NCBI RefSeq assembly: GCF_009914755.1
Contig: NC_060944.1
Length of the DNA stretch: 64,000 nucleotides
Reading direction: 5' to 3' (one strand)
Source: the human T2T-CHM13v2.0 reference genome, Homo sapiens
The notes below the pieces were generated by a model. It was not told where the DNA came from. It was given only the letters and a program-made list of their open reading frames with translations, and did not search any database. Shown in pieces: positions 41,026-53,302 of the stretch (positions are counted from its first letter, which is position 1; each line of letters starts with the position of its first letter). The position numbers were made by a program, and so were the translations under genes.

Positions 41026-42021
41026 TGTATTAGTCAGCTATGCCATAGCAAAGTTGGGTGACAAACCATCCCCAACTGTGATGGTTAATAGAGTGTCAAC
41101 TTGATTGGGTTGAAAGATGCAAAGTATTATTCCTGGGTGTGCCTATAAGGGTGTTGCCAAAGGAGATTAACATTTGAGTCAGCTGACTGGGAGAGGCAGA
41201 CCCACCTCCATCTGGGTGGGCACCATCTAATCAGCTGCCAGCATAAAAGCAGGCATGGAATGAGCAGACTTGCTAAGTCTTCTGGCCTCTTTCTTTCTCC
41301 CGTGCTGGATGCTTCCTGCCAACGAACATCAGACTCCAAGTTCTTCAGCTTTTGGACTCTTTGGACTTGCACTAGTGATTTGCCAGGGGCTCTCAGGCCT
41401 TTGGCCACAGATAAAGGCTGCACTATCAGCTTCCTTACTTTTGAAGTTTTGGGACTTGGATGGGCTTCCTGGCTCCCCAGCTGGCAGATGGCCTACTGTG
41501 GGACTTCACCTTGTGATTATGTGAGTAAATTCTCCTAATAAACTCCCCATCATATATTCATCTATCCTATTAGTTTTGTCCCTTTAGAGAATGCTAATAC
41601 ACCACTCAGTGACACATAATTGGCAGTTATTCTCATGCTCAATAGGTCTTCAGGGGACCTGTGGTTTAGTTGGTCTTAAGTGGCCTCAAATGCATGACTA
41701 CTACAGTTTGAGGGTTGACTGGTCTTAGATCCAGGCTGTGAGTTGGGTTCAGGTCTGTTCCTTGTGCATTTTTTATCTGGGGGCTCAGACTAAAGAGACA
41801 GTGTCCACCCAGCCCTGCTCTTCTCGTGGCTATCACAGGAAGTAGGAGGTCAAGCCACACTCTGTGGAAGCAGGTGGAATGGCACTTGCCGTGGCCAATG
41901 GAGTGTCAACAGGTTGCAAGTATACGGCCAAGGCCAATGTCCCTGGAGCAGGGAAATAAACTTCACCCACAAAGGAAGGGGTAACAGAGTGAATATTTGC
42001 TGAATAAACCTAACTCTCACA
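41026..42021 (-). mobile_element. MLT1K-like LTR split by MLT2A (pieces 41026-41076 and 41602-42021)
   Basis: 'tgtattagtcagcta...gtgacaaaccatcccc' resumes as 'ctcagtga...ttattctcatgctc...gttgggttcaggtctgttcc...gaatatttgctgaa'. Confidence 0.7.
41077..41601 (+). mobile_element. MLT2A1/A2 (HERV-L) solo LTR
   Basis: 'tgtgatggttaata...gtgtcaacttgattgg...ccaaaggagattaacatttgagtcag...gaacatcagactccaagttcttcagc...aataaactcccc...ctaataca'. Confidence 0.9.
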
Positions 42022-42659
42022 AGACTCAAAAATTTGTTCTTTCAGAAGCTATGAAACTTGGTTGCTGGATCGTTACACTGAGGCTAATAATGAAAGGAAG
42101 GCGGAATAAAGGGCCTTGGTTAGCTACAGGATCCTATCGGACAGGAAGGATTGCTGTTTGGCAGAGGGTGGGCATTTCTGAAGATCTTCAGGGTAAGCTC
42201 ATTTTGTCTTTTGAGGAGACTGCTATGTGAGGCCCTGCTGGGAAGAAGTGGCAAGGTCGGAAGTGAGTTCAAAGATTTTTCCAGGTTTCTTCAAGTTGCA
42301 GAACTGTAGAGATTGAACAGTGGCCTCAGGTAACAAATGCTCAGGATGAATGCTTCCCCTGGTTCTCAGACTACAGAGGGAGAAGATATATTTTCCTGGC
42401 CTTCATCAGACCACCTCTCAGGATACTTGAGGTTTCTTTTCTTTTTTTAAAAAAAATTTTAGTTTTGATTTGATAGTTCCAAGTTTTTGGAAGAATTTGC
42501 TTAAAGGTTTGGAGGTTTTTTTTTTTTTTTGGTGGGGGGTATTTAACATTTTCCTTAGGATTTAATACTCAAAATTTTTTCAGAATCCTCTTTCAAATCA
42601 ACAAGCACCTTAGGTCTTTGTGAATATGTTCCTGATTTGCAATTACTAGCTGGAGGATG

Positions 42660-43560
42660 ATATTAAAATAAAGAAGGCTAAAGATAGTTCGCTAACTAGT
42701 AGATGTAGAAGGGATGATAGAGTTAGAATATTACTATTTTGAAACCATCATTAGTAATTCAGAAAAAAATTGTGAATGCATGCTAAAACTAGTAGATGAA
42801 GTTGAATGAGGAACAGGATATATTCATAGCCTTAAGGTATCTTCTTACAAACTACTTACTAATTGTGGAGGAAAAAATAATAGTTTTATAATAGAAAAAG
42901 TTGACAGGCACCATCTCATACCAAGTGATCCAAGTTATCGTTGCCAGCATCTCTTATCTCTCTTGATGTGATATGCTGAGAAGAACACATCATTTCTGTG
43001 ATAATTGTACCAAAGGATGCATAACCCCAAATAGGGGAGATTCTATGAAAGAATCTCTAAAAAAATGTCAAGGTCATGGAAAACAAAGGAAGGCTGAAGA
43101 ACTACTCCAAAATAAAGGAGACCGAAAATGTATGATAATGAAATGGAAAGTGTGAGTCTGGATTGGATCCTGGAGTAGGATAAAAAAATATAGCTCTGAA
43201 GGACATTGTTGGGATAATAGGTAAACTTTGAATGTGGACTGTGGGTTAAAGAGTAGAATTATACCAATGTTAAATCTATATTTTAATAATTGTGCTATGG
43301 TTACGTAAGAAAACATCTTCCTCTTAAGAAATATACGCTGACATATTTAGGAGTAAAGGAGCATGATGTCTACCACTTATTCTCAAATGGGTTGCAAAAA
43401 ATTCCTTTTAGAGAGAAAGGAGAAAACAAATGGGAAACAATTTCAGTTAGCCCCAATTTGGACGTGGATAAAAAGTACCTTGGAGGTGTTGGTCTGATTC
43501 TGGCAACTTCTCTGGAGGGTTAAAAATAAATCAAATTAAAAAGTTGTACAAAAGAAAAAA
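42660..43560 (+). mobile_element. L1MC4/5-like 3' region
   Basis: 'tcaaggtcatggaaaacaagga', 'ctggattggatcctgga...aaggacattgttggga', 'atttaggagtaaaggagcatgatgtct'. Confidence 0.7.
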
Positions 43561-45262
43561 ACCTTTCTCAATATTTAAAGGTGCAAAATATTTCGATGTG
43601 ATATAATTACAATATGTTGTTGCAGTACTGTGAAACCAAAGCTTTATACTTTTAAACAGTTAAGTCTGATTAATGAAAGCAGAAAAAAAAAATCCCCTTA
43701 GACTTAGCAACAAACAGACTGTACCCCTGGACAACACTGATGTTGTAGCTCTCAGTGTTCTTCCCAGTTTTCTGTTGTAGGTCAGCTATGCCTCACAGTT
43801 TAAAATTGCGAATAGGAGAAAGGTATTGTTTTATTTTATTAGCTGTGGTAGAAAGAAACTAGATTTTATCTGAAAAGCATTTTAGACTCATAGGAAGAAT
43901 AAAAGAATAGAAAAAAGTTTCTTTGTTGGCACTTCTTGATCTTACAGAATAGCATAATCTATTGTGATTGAGGTTCTAGAAATTAGAAAGGAAAGTTTGC
44001 TGTAATGGAGGGGCGTTGATTTGGAGGTTTGGTAGCAATGGAAATAGTCAAAACAAAAGAATTAATTTCAGTAAAAATTGTTTGTTGGACCAGATCCTCT
44101 GTGAGTGAGCCATGAGAAAAGACAAGGAAGTTGAGAATTGGACCATTTTAAAAAGAACATTTAAAGACTTGGATTCGTTTGCTTCTTTCTTGCCTACAGC
44201 TCCCATTTCACCATTTTCTTCAAATCCAGGCAAAATAAGATTCACTGATACCATCAGGCCTCATGTTTGTGATTATTTTGCTTATGTTTTAAAGTCAATT
44301 CTTTCCACAAAGTTGTGTATTCTCCAAAGATTTCTCTGATCTCGCTTGCTTTTCAGCAGATATTGGCAAAGACATTGATAGATGTTTCAAAATACTCAAT
44401 TCATTCCTTGACTGCTTTTATTTCCCCCTTTTTGCTAGTGATGCCTAATGTATGGGCTATATATCTTTTGCCAGTGGTAGAGACATATTATTTTTACTGA
44501 AAGCAACTAAATATATAAGCTTTAATTTGAAAATGAAACTGTTTAAGAGGATCTTAGTTTTCATTTTTTAGCACTGAAATCCCTGTTGTCATCTTTGAGG
44601 AAGCAGTAGGTGGAGCTACAGGCTTTTTATCACGAAAGAATGTTTGCAGTAGCTGCCCATTGCCGGAATAACCTGAACAAGCACACATTTCCAAAAATAA
44701 CAGAGGCATTTCCAAGTATTCCAGAAATATATGCAAGACTGTTTAGTCATTCATAATCACCGCTTTGCAAGTACTAGATTCTGTAGAAAATATTTCAGAA
44801 GCAGAAAAAAGATTCATAGAATTCCCTGTATTTTTAGAAAAGAGATTTTTAAAAAATGGAATTCAAGAGGGAGGGAGAGACACTTACGCTGTTCAATCAT
44901 GTGCCACTTTTTTTCCCAGGTGGTGAAAGGGCCCAGAGGGGTAGCCGGGGGTGGAAAAAAATCTTTTCCATTTGCGTCAGAACTCTGAGGAGCTCTTCAT
45001 TTCCCCACTCGATGAACTTTTTTGAGGCTCTAAACTGTGGTTTCAATTTTCTCTGAATCACAGAGGGGTAGCCTAGGTTAAGTGATTCTGAGGAGGCCAG
45101 AAGGCGCTTACAACAGATCGCTCCTGAGGACCGTTCCTCTCATATAGCCTGGTGTTTTTGACCATTTTCCTAAGAAAGAATTATGAAATGGCTTTTAATC
45201 TCTGTGAAAAATGTAGATTCTCTCCATGTAAAAATCACAAATTTTGAGAAATGCTTCAATGA

Positions 45263-45433
45263 TCTTGTTTCAGGGTTCTCCAGAAAAGCAGAACCATTTA
45301 AAAAATAGAACATCTAGACTATTTTTTGACTAAACAATGGGGTGCCATAGCCAAGCCAAGCTGACATCTAAAATTAACTATCATGGATCTCGTTGCTATA
45401 ATCTGGTCTCAAGCCCCACAAAGAAATAATATA

Positions 45434-45504
<71 letters not shown>

Positions 45505-45628
45505 TAGCCCATATATATGGAGAGAGAGGGAAAGAGAGATACCTTCACAGTGATATCTAGACTTGTGTTTCACCAAACAACTGGGTACCATAGCCTAGTC
45601 AAGTTGACATCTAAAATTAACTACCACA
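45263..45628 (-). mobile_element. Internally deleted MLT2-type LTR remnant containing (TA)30 and a duplicated end
   Basis: Antisense MLT2 3' end 'cagggttctccagaaaagcagaacc' and 5' end 'catagcctagtcaagttgacatctaaaattaactaccaca'. Confidence 0.65.
45444..45503. repeat. (TA)30 microsatellite preceded by short (TG)n
   Basis: Counted directly, 60 bp uninterrupted. Confidence 0.98.
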
Positions 45629-46099
45629 GGCCTCATTGTTATGATCTGATCTCAGAGAAGCCCCTCAGAGAAATGCTGAAAAATATCTTAAGGCACACCA
45701 TTGCCCTGGATGTTAAGTGTTAAGGGAGGGCCACACGTGGCTGCAGTAGAAGAGGTTTACCACCCCTGACCCTGTTACTAAGCCTCTCCCTCCTACTTGT
45801 TTGTCCCATCCTCTCCTGGGGACAGCAAATTATGACATAAAGCTAGAAAAAAGACAAAAAGGGAGCCATTGCTAGGATTTGATGGATGAAGGCTGCAGAC
45901 ATCGATTTCTCTGCCTTTGGCTCTTCTAGACACTCCTGTTGATGATGACTTCCAGTTAGAAGAACAGCAGCCAAGATGCCTCCTGACTGCAGAGCTGGCT
46001 GGAATAGATCTGGCTGCTATAGAAGCCCTTCCTTTTTCATTCAGTCCTCACAGCAAACCTCTGATTTACAGGCAAAAAAAAAAGGCTGAGAAAGGTTCA

Positions 46100-46410
46100 T
46101 GGATTCTTCAACTGCTGAGCAGCTGCCATACCCTGGACACGACTCTGGGTGCTGGGAATACACACAAGTATGATAAGAACACACATATTTCTTTCTCTTA
46201 CGGTTCTAACATTCTAATGCAGACAACAGCAAACAAAATAAGTAAAGAAACAAGTGAAAAAGTGCAAATTCTGGCAAGTGATAGGAAGGAAATCAGTAAG
46301 TGGGCTGAGATAGAGTTTACTTGGGGTGTGGTGGGAAACCCACTTTTGGTGTGCCACAAGGAAGGCTGCTGTGGGGTGGTAACATTTAATTTGAGATGTA
46401 AATGGACTTA
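46100..46410 (-). mobile_element. L2 relic
   Basis: 'ctgagcagctgccata...ctgggtgctgggaataca...acattctaatgcagac...aacatttaatttgaga'. Confidence 0.55.
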
Positions 46411-46791
46411 ATAGACTTGGCTAAACCTTCCACTCATAAGTAAGAATTGGAGCTGGGAGGACATTTTGCTGTTGTTTTAACTCATCTATAATCTTTATCC
46501 ATCACAACTGTCTACTAGCTTAGAAGTAGTATGAGATAAAAAGATCTGGTATTCCATTTCAAATCTGAGAGAGAATTGTGAATGCCTAAGCAAAGGCTGG
46601 TAGGTACTTTGTGAATGAACAAATGTGCCTGAATCTCAAGAAAGGAAATGCTAGACAATCTTAAGCAACCCCAGCTAGAGTCTTTCAACCACTCCTGTTA
46701 CTCAGTTCTTCCTTCTCTGTAGCCGGAATGTTTCATGCTGTACCTGCAACCTTCTTCCTTTTGCCTTGTCCTTGGCTAATGCAAAGAACTA

Positions 46792-47055
<264 letters not shown>

Positions 47056-48124
47056 TCACTTAGATTAATATGTCACATTTCTTTCATTAGCCTGTTGTTG
47101 TGGTTCATATTCTCTGATTGTTTAATGGTCTTTCAGGCTCCACATAGGTTGTACAGATGGTCCTTGAGGCAACCGCAGAGGGCGTCATTCACGTTGCAGG
47201 TGTGTCAACAATAATCACAGTGGTAATTTGTTGGTGTGGGGTAGAAAAGAGTCTTAACAGGAGGGAGGCACTTCCCCTGCATATCTCCTTATCAACCTCC
47301 CTCTTTCTTTCTAATGCACAAAGACACTTAGGATGATATGAAGTGAGTTTATGCATTTTTTCTCTCCCCTTAGCACTGTGAAGGCACAGGGAGGATATCA
47401 TATAGGGCATTGTCCATTTTCTTCTTTTTACTGCTGACAATACCAGCTTTTCATTTGGTGTCTGGAAGCCTCCTGAAATTACATGGGAAATTTTGTTCAT
47501 AGACTTTTTTTTTTTTTTTCCCCTGGGGTTAGGGTCTATTGCTTTCAACAGACTCTTGGAGTTACCTTTCCCCAAATAAAGAATTTCTTACTTTCAGGAT
47601 TCCCTCAAGTATAAAAGGGGTGGTGAAGGCAATGTTTCCATCTTAAAACAGAAAGGATATTCTTTACTTGAACTATTTGGAGAGTCATTTAGGAGGATGG
47701 CTGAGTGTAACCAGCAAGCTATGTTCATTTGGTCCTTCTTGAATTTCTTTTCATCACTTCCTCTCACTCTACCCACTGGTGGTCTGTTGGAGGCTCATAG
47801 CAATACCCTTCCCATTGAACCTTCTCTGAGAATACTCTGAATTCAGTGAGATTTTCCCTTCTTCTCCACTAAAGATGCATCGTTGGGTCCCATTCTGCTG
47901 CTCTACAGTTGACAGTCAGTCTGCATGGTGGTTTAGTGGTTATTTGTGTTAGCCATTCTAGACAACAAGCTTCTTTTTATTAATAATAATATAAACAGAT
48001 GACATTTGGAAAGTACTCTCACCTGAGAGGTAGATTGGCACCTTAAACCTAAAGAAGGATGCCAAGTGGGAGAATCAAGTTGAGAGAGAGAAGATATTGG
48101 GCAGATGGGACAAGAAGTACTTCT

Positions 48125-48318
48125 CAACTCATGGACACAAAAAGGAAAACAATAGTCACTGGGACCTACCAGAATATGGAGGGTAGGAGGAGGGAGAGGA
48201 TCAGGAAAAATAAAGAATGGGCACTAGGCTTATTACCTGGGTGATGAAATAATCCATACAACAAACCCCATGACATGAGTTTACCTATATAACCTGCACA
48301 TATACCCTTGAACTTAAT
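48125..48318 (+). mobile_element. L1PA13-16-like 3'UTR fragment
   Basis: 'gagggtaggaggagggagaggatcaggaaaaataa...tacctgggtgatgaaataat...acaacaaaccccatgaca...cttgaacttaa'. Confidence 0.85.
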
Positions 48319-48764
48319 TTGTTTTCTAAAAGGAAAATAAAGTTTGCATTTTTGCTTATGGAAGTAACAACCCATCATTGTAGTCCAAAGTGAAAATTTT
48401 GGGGGAATGTCATTTCAGCACCTTTAGAAAACTAGGTTTGAAATGTATTTGTAAACTGCTGTGTTGGAGTGGATATTGACAAGAACTAACTCAATTCCCA
48501 GTGCAAGGCATAGAAGTAACCCAGTGATAGTGCCATGCGCCCTAGCATAGATGCCTGCATGCGTGGATGACCACTGGGAGCTCCTGAAGACAGGGAGCTG
48601 TCCACCTCCAGCACTCAGTAAAGCTTGTGAAGCTGAGGGGAGACGGGAGTGAAACATGGGTCTGGGAGTCATCAGAAAGTGAAGTCAAGCCTCTGGCATA
48701 CAGGGTTATTCCGTTCCAAGGATCAGGCTGAGACCTTCCCCTTCCTCAGCTCTTTCCCCTTCAC

Positions 48765-49125
48765 TGGTTTGTATGTTTGTCCCCTCCAAATCTCATGTTG
48801 AAATGTGATTCTCAGTGTTGGAGGTGGGGCCTGGTGGGAGGCGATTGCATCATGGGGGCGGATCCCTCATGAATGGTTTAGCACCATCACCTTGGTGATG
48901 AGTGAGCTCTCGTTCAGTTAGTTCATGAGAGATCTGGTTGTTTAAAAGTCTGGGACAGCCCTTCCTAGCTCTCTTGCTGTCACTCTCACCATGTGACACC
49001 ATGTGTTCTCCCTTTGCCTTTCGTTATGATTGGAAGTGTCCTAAGGCCCTCACCAGAAGCAGATGCTGGCACCACACTTCCTGTACACCCTGCAGAACCA
49101 TGAACCAATTAAACAGCTTTTCTTA
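48765..49125 (+). mobile_element. MSTB-like LTR (3' end truncated)
   Basis: 'tttgtcccctccaaatctcatgttgaaatgtgat...gggggcggatccctcatgaatgg...ccctcaccagaagcagatgctgg...cctgcagaaccatga'. Confidence 0.88.
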
Positions 49126-49344
49126 AAAAGAAACGCTTCTCAAAAACTCTGCTTCTGTGGGGAGTTGAATGAATCAGGGACTTGCAAGTTCTTTCTTTTA
49201 TAGGTCAATGTTCTCATTGGAAAAAGTTCGCTATATTTTATTTACCATCTTTAAAAGCCCAGGTTGAAATTTCTAACTGGGGGTAGGATTTTAAGGAGGG
49301 TGATATTTTAAGAGACTTTTCATTCCTGGCATGGTGCTTGATCA

Positions 49345-49530
49345 AATAAAAGCTTTACCACTTTTTATCTTTGTGATAAAAAGATATTTAACTCCCTTAT
49401 GCTTCAGTTTCTTCATCTATAAAATGCAAACAATAATACTTCTTATAAGATTGTTGTCAGGATTTAATGACATGATTCACATAAAGTGCTTAGCATATTA
49501 CAGGGCTAATAACAAATATGAGCTATTAAT
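49345..49530 (+). mobile_element. MIR SINE
   Basis: 'gcttcagtttcttcatctataaaatg...ataatact...attgttgtcaggatttaatga...taaagtgcttagca'. Confidence 0.75.
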
Positions 49531-49737
49531 TTTAAATATTTCTGCAGTGGTTTAAATTTTTGAAACGAGTATATGTTATTTTTACAATGCTAAAAATTAG
49601 AGTAGAAAATTAAAAAGTAAAGTCTAGATTGTTCAATCGGGCTTGTTTTAAATTTGTTTTTTATATTTTTCACTCTAGAGAAGAGCACCTAGCATCTTAA
49701 CTCCTCATGCTGAAGAGGAAATAGTTCTGAGCAATTA

Positions 49738-49889
49738 TTTATTTAAAATATTAAATAATATTTAAAATATTTAAAATATTAAATAATGTTTAAAATATTT
49801 AAAATATTAATGTTTAAAATATTTACAATATTAAATAATGTTTAAAATATTTAAAATATTAAATAATATTTAAAATATTTAAAACATTA
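49738..49889. repeat. AT-rich minisatellite, about 28-bp unit TTTAAAATATTTAAAATATTAAATAAT(G/A)
   Basis: Seen directly, about 5 imperfect units. Confidence 0.9.
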
Positions 49890-50384
49890 GTGGTGGTAAG
49901 GTGAAGAAAAAAGTTAAGTTGGTTGTTTTCTACAAGTTAAATAGATAAGTTTTGTGGTTGGTAATTGAAATAGGGAGCAAGCTTTTTGTGAAAGCTTTAA
50001 ATAAACTTTTAGAGTTTTAAAATGGGAAACTCAAAGTATATTTTGGGAAAATGTACAGTTTAGTACAAGCCGTGAGCTGTCTCATATGTTTAGAGCAAAA
50101 TGCTAATTGGGTAAGTACTTGGAGATGAAGCTGGAAAGAGAAGCTGAGCTTGAAGGGCCTTGCTTGCGGAGGTGAGAGAGTGGACTCTTGTTGAGCCAGT
50201 GGGAAGCTGGCAGTGGTTTTGGAGAAGAAGGATAAATTCACCAGAGTGTAAATATATTCTTATTACTGGATTAAATCACTTCAAATAATTTCATCTGGTA
50301 AAAACTTGAATTTATTCCTAGTTCTTTGTGACAAGCTAGCAACTTGAATTTTCTTTTCTTTTTTTAAAGTAGTTAAAAAAAACT

Positions 50385-50452
50385 ACAGGAGAGCCAGATC
50401 TGACAGGAGAGCCAGATGTTAGTAGGGTTTGCTAACATCTGGCTCTCCTGTC
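50385..50452. repeat. Perfect 21-bp inverted repeat (9-nt loop) plus a 15-bp direct copy
   Basis: GACAGGAGAGCCAGATGTTAG (50402-50422) / CTAACATCTGGCTCTCCTGTC (50432-50452); ACAGGAGAGCCAGAT also at 50385-50399. Confidence 0.97.
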
Positions 50453-50803
50453 CTCCCTGGGCATAGAGGAGTCTGTTTCCCAGTCCTCTTGCAATTAGAG
50501 AGGGGCACGTGAATTTTTCTGGCTAATAAAAGCATAAGAGAAGTATATTGCTTCCAGTGCCTCTGCAATTCTCCTGTTTCTCCCTCTGTCTTTCTGATCA
50601 TGGATGTACCTTTGTGTTGTGATGACTTTGTCTCATAAACCAAAGCAGCATGGATTACTGAGGCACCGTATGGAGAATGGTTGCCCTGGGAAGTTGCTTG
50701 AACTTGCAGTGTATTTTGTATGAGTGATAATCTTTGTTCTGTGAAACCACTGAGATGTATTCTTTGGTTACTTCTGCATAACCTATCTTATCCTGACTAT
50801 TAA
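50430..50803 (+). mobile_element. MLT1J-like LTR
   Basis: 'ctgggcata...tttcccagtcctcttgcaattag...cacgtga...tctggctaataaaag', 3' end 'tgtgaaaccactgagatgt...ttggttacttctgcataacctatcttatcctgacta'. Confidence 0.7.
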
Positions 50804-53302
50804 TAGCAAAAGCTATGGTGTATATAACAGCCTTCTAGGCAACGTGAGCTGCCCAGGAATCATGAGGTTGTTAACCAGCAAGGGATGGTTGTGTGGGCAC
50901 ATTCTTCAATCTCAAGTAGCTTTACCTGTCCCAGGAAATATAAACACTGCAGCTAAATGGAAACATGGAAGAAGGAGATAAACTGCATGCAACCAATCCT
51001 AACAATCTAGAGATCTAGCTACACTTTGGGGGATATGTGCTTATAAGTACTGATTTAACATGAGGTTGAAGAAGTTAAGGTAAAGGTGGGTATATTTTTA
51101 GAAACACTTGAGTCACGTTATCTAGAAGGGTTTCCTAGAAACATCTGCTCTAAGTTGATGGGAGGGGAGGGAATTTAAAATAATTTTATATGATAGTTTT
51201 AAGATAAAACAAAAAAAGTGACTATATTTTTCTATAAAAATATTAAGGTAAAAAGTTGTGCAACTTAGGAGATAAAATTGAAGATAATTAAAATAAGAGG
51301 AGAAATGAAGGTAGAAAAAAATTGTCTGGTAGGGGTAAGAGGAACTAACGTGGTCTGGTGGCCAAGGCAAAGAGAGAAACATCATCAGTCATTAAGAATT
51401 ACCATGTTCCTAATATAAGAAACACACTAATTCTTAAGAAAAGCAGAGCCATTCTTGGCCATGAGGTCTGATGGAAATTTCTAACTTGTGTCCACAAAAT
51501 TAGGGAACAGTGATCTAGGGACTATACATAGTAGGAAAAAAGATCTTAGTAGTATAAGCCAGTCAAGAGGCACTGAGAGTTGTTTCTTCAAAGAAAAGTA
51601 AAACAGAAAAGCTGGGAAATAATGTATATGCATTATTCTTTGACCTAGAAATTGCATGTGAGTGGTCCTATGACTTAATATTTTTAGTTTATCATGAAAA
51701 GTACAAGAAAATTTGGGGAGGTTAGTTTCTAGAGATTGCATTGGCTATACAATACTTCATGGTGTTTTATTTGGGAAAGAGGTGTGAAAGTTTTATTACT
51801 GTTTCACTGTGTGTTTGCATGAATGTATAGAGTACCTTTTGGTAAATTTGAAAGATTTCCACTGCACTACCTGATATGTTTGCTTTAAAAAACTCGTCTC
51901 CAACCTTAAGAAAGATATGCCAGTAGTTATAAAACTATGTCGTTAAGGACTAATAGACAGCCATAGTAGATAGTTCTTAAAGGATTGGCAGTTCACTGAG
52001 ATGATGAGATAATTTTATAGTTGGAGCAAATGACCAGAGAGCTCTTTTACAGCTCCTTAAACAAGTTAATATTGATTTTATGATGCTTTTTCTATTATTT
52101 TATAAGGGAAAGCAGTGAGAATATGAGGTGTTGGAGTCTGTTGCTCACTTTTATGAACTGGCCTGCTTGCTTTTTTTTTTTTTTTTTTTTTTTAATTAAC
52201 TATTTCCTGCTTTCCAAGGCAATTGGACAGACTATTTGTAGGTCAAACAAGAAGGCAGAAAGTAAGTTTTCTTTTTTTTTAATTAAAAGTTTAAAAAGTT
52301 ATTTTAACATGATTTTAGCAAAATTTTAGCAACTATTTTTACATAATTTTGTCTTGAACTTGGATTATTTCATGTGCATGTCAATGGAGCCAGGCCTCTT
52401 GTCGAAATGCTAATTGGGGTCTCACAGGGAAGTCCCAAAACAGTTTTATACAGCCACTTTTTTCCTGTTTTGTATCCAGAACATTCTCAGTTACTGCTCT
52501 CTGAATGTTGTCTGAACACGTGACCTACAAAAAGACCATTACTGTGGCCGCCATGTTAATGCTGCTATGTAATTCTCCTTTAATGCATATCCTTGGGGGT
52601 CACTCTATAACCTGATTTAGCCTTTGGCTTCACCACCCCTACATCTATATTTTTCTTAAGAACTTCCTTTTGGAAAAGCTTGAAGTCATAAATGTCCTGA
52701 AATCAGATTCCAGCCATCTGAAATTATGAACCAATTGGCACCATTAAGTGTGTAGGTTTGTATTTAATCTTCTCCAAACTTCAGGATCTCAAGCCACGGT
52801 ATCAGTGGATATACATTTATATGATATCCTGTAACATAGTTTTCTAATTGTCTTGGCTGGGCAGATCTCTAAGTGAGCTGAGGGTGGGCCACTGAAATGA
52901 AGGGTAAGTGTTCTTGGACTGATCATGCAATTGTAAAACACTGAGCTTCAGTGAAACTAAGTGGGCCCAGGTGGCTTTGCTGTCTAAAATTGGGCCTTTC
53001 CAAAGCCTTTTATCTCTTTTTTCCTTTAGAACATACAAGTTCTTAAAAAATAATCAGCTCTGGTGGGAAACTTTGGCTAAAGAATTTATATTTTTAGGTT
53101 TTTGTATTTAATATGTCTTTTTTCACAAAGCAAGTAAAATTTCATTATGCAGGAGGACACAGGGTTTGTTTAGCCTTGGATGTGTGATGGCTTCATTTCC
53201 AAATGTAAGGACGGTGCTGGGTGGAGGTTTATTTCAGATTGTTGGCATGGGCTATGGCATCTTGGTTTGAAACAAATAGTCCCACCCTCCCCAAATCTTA
53301 AT

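Noticed and set aside
45917-46411. 164-aa ORF
   Set aside because: Starts at TTG, has no recognisable domain, and its second half is an antisense L2 relic.
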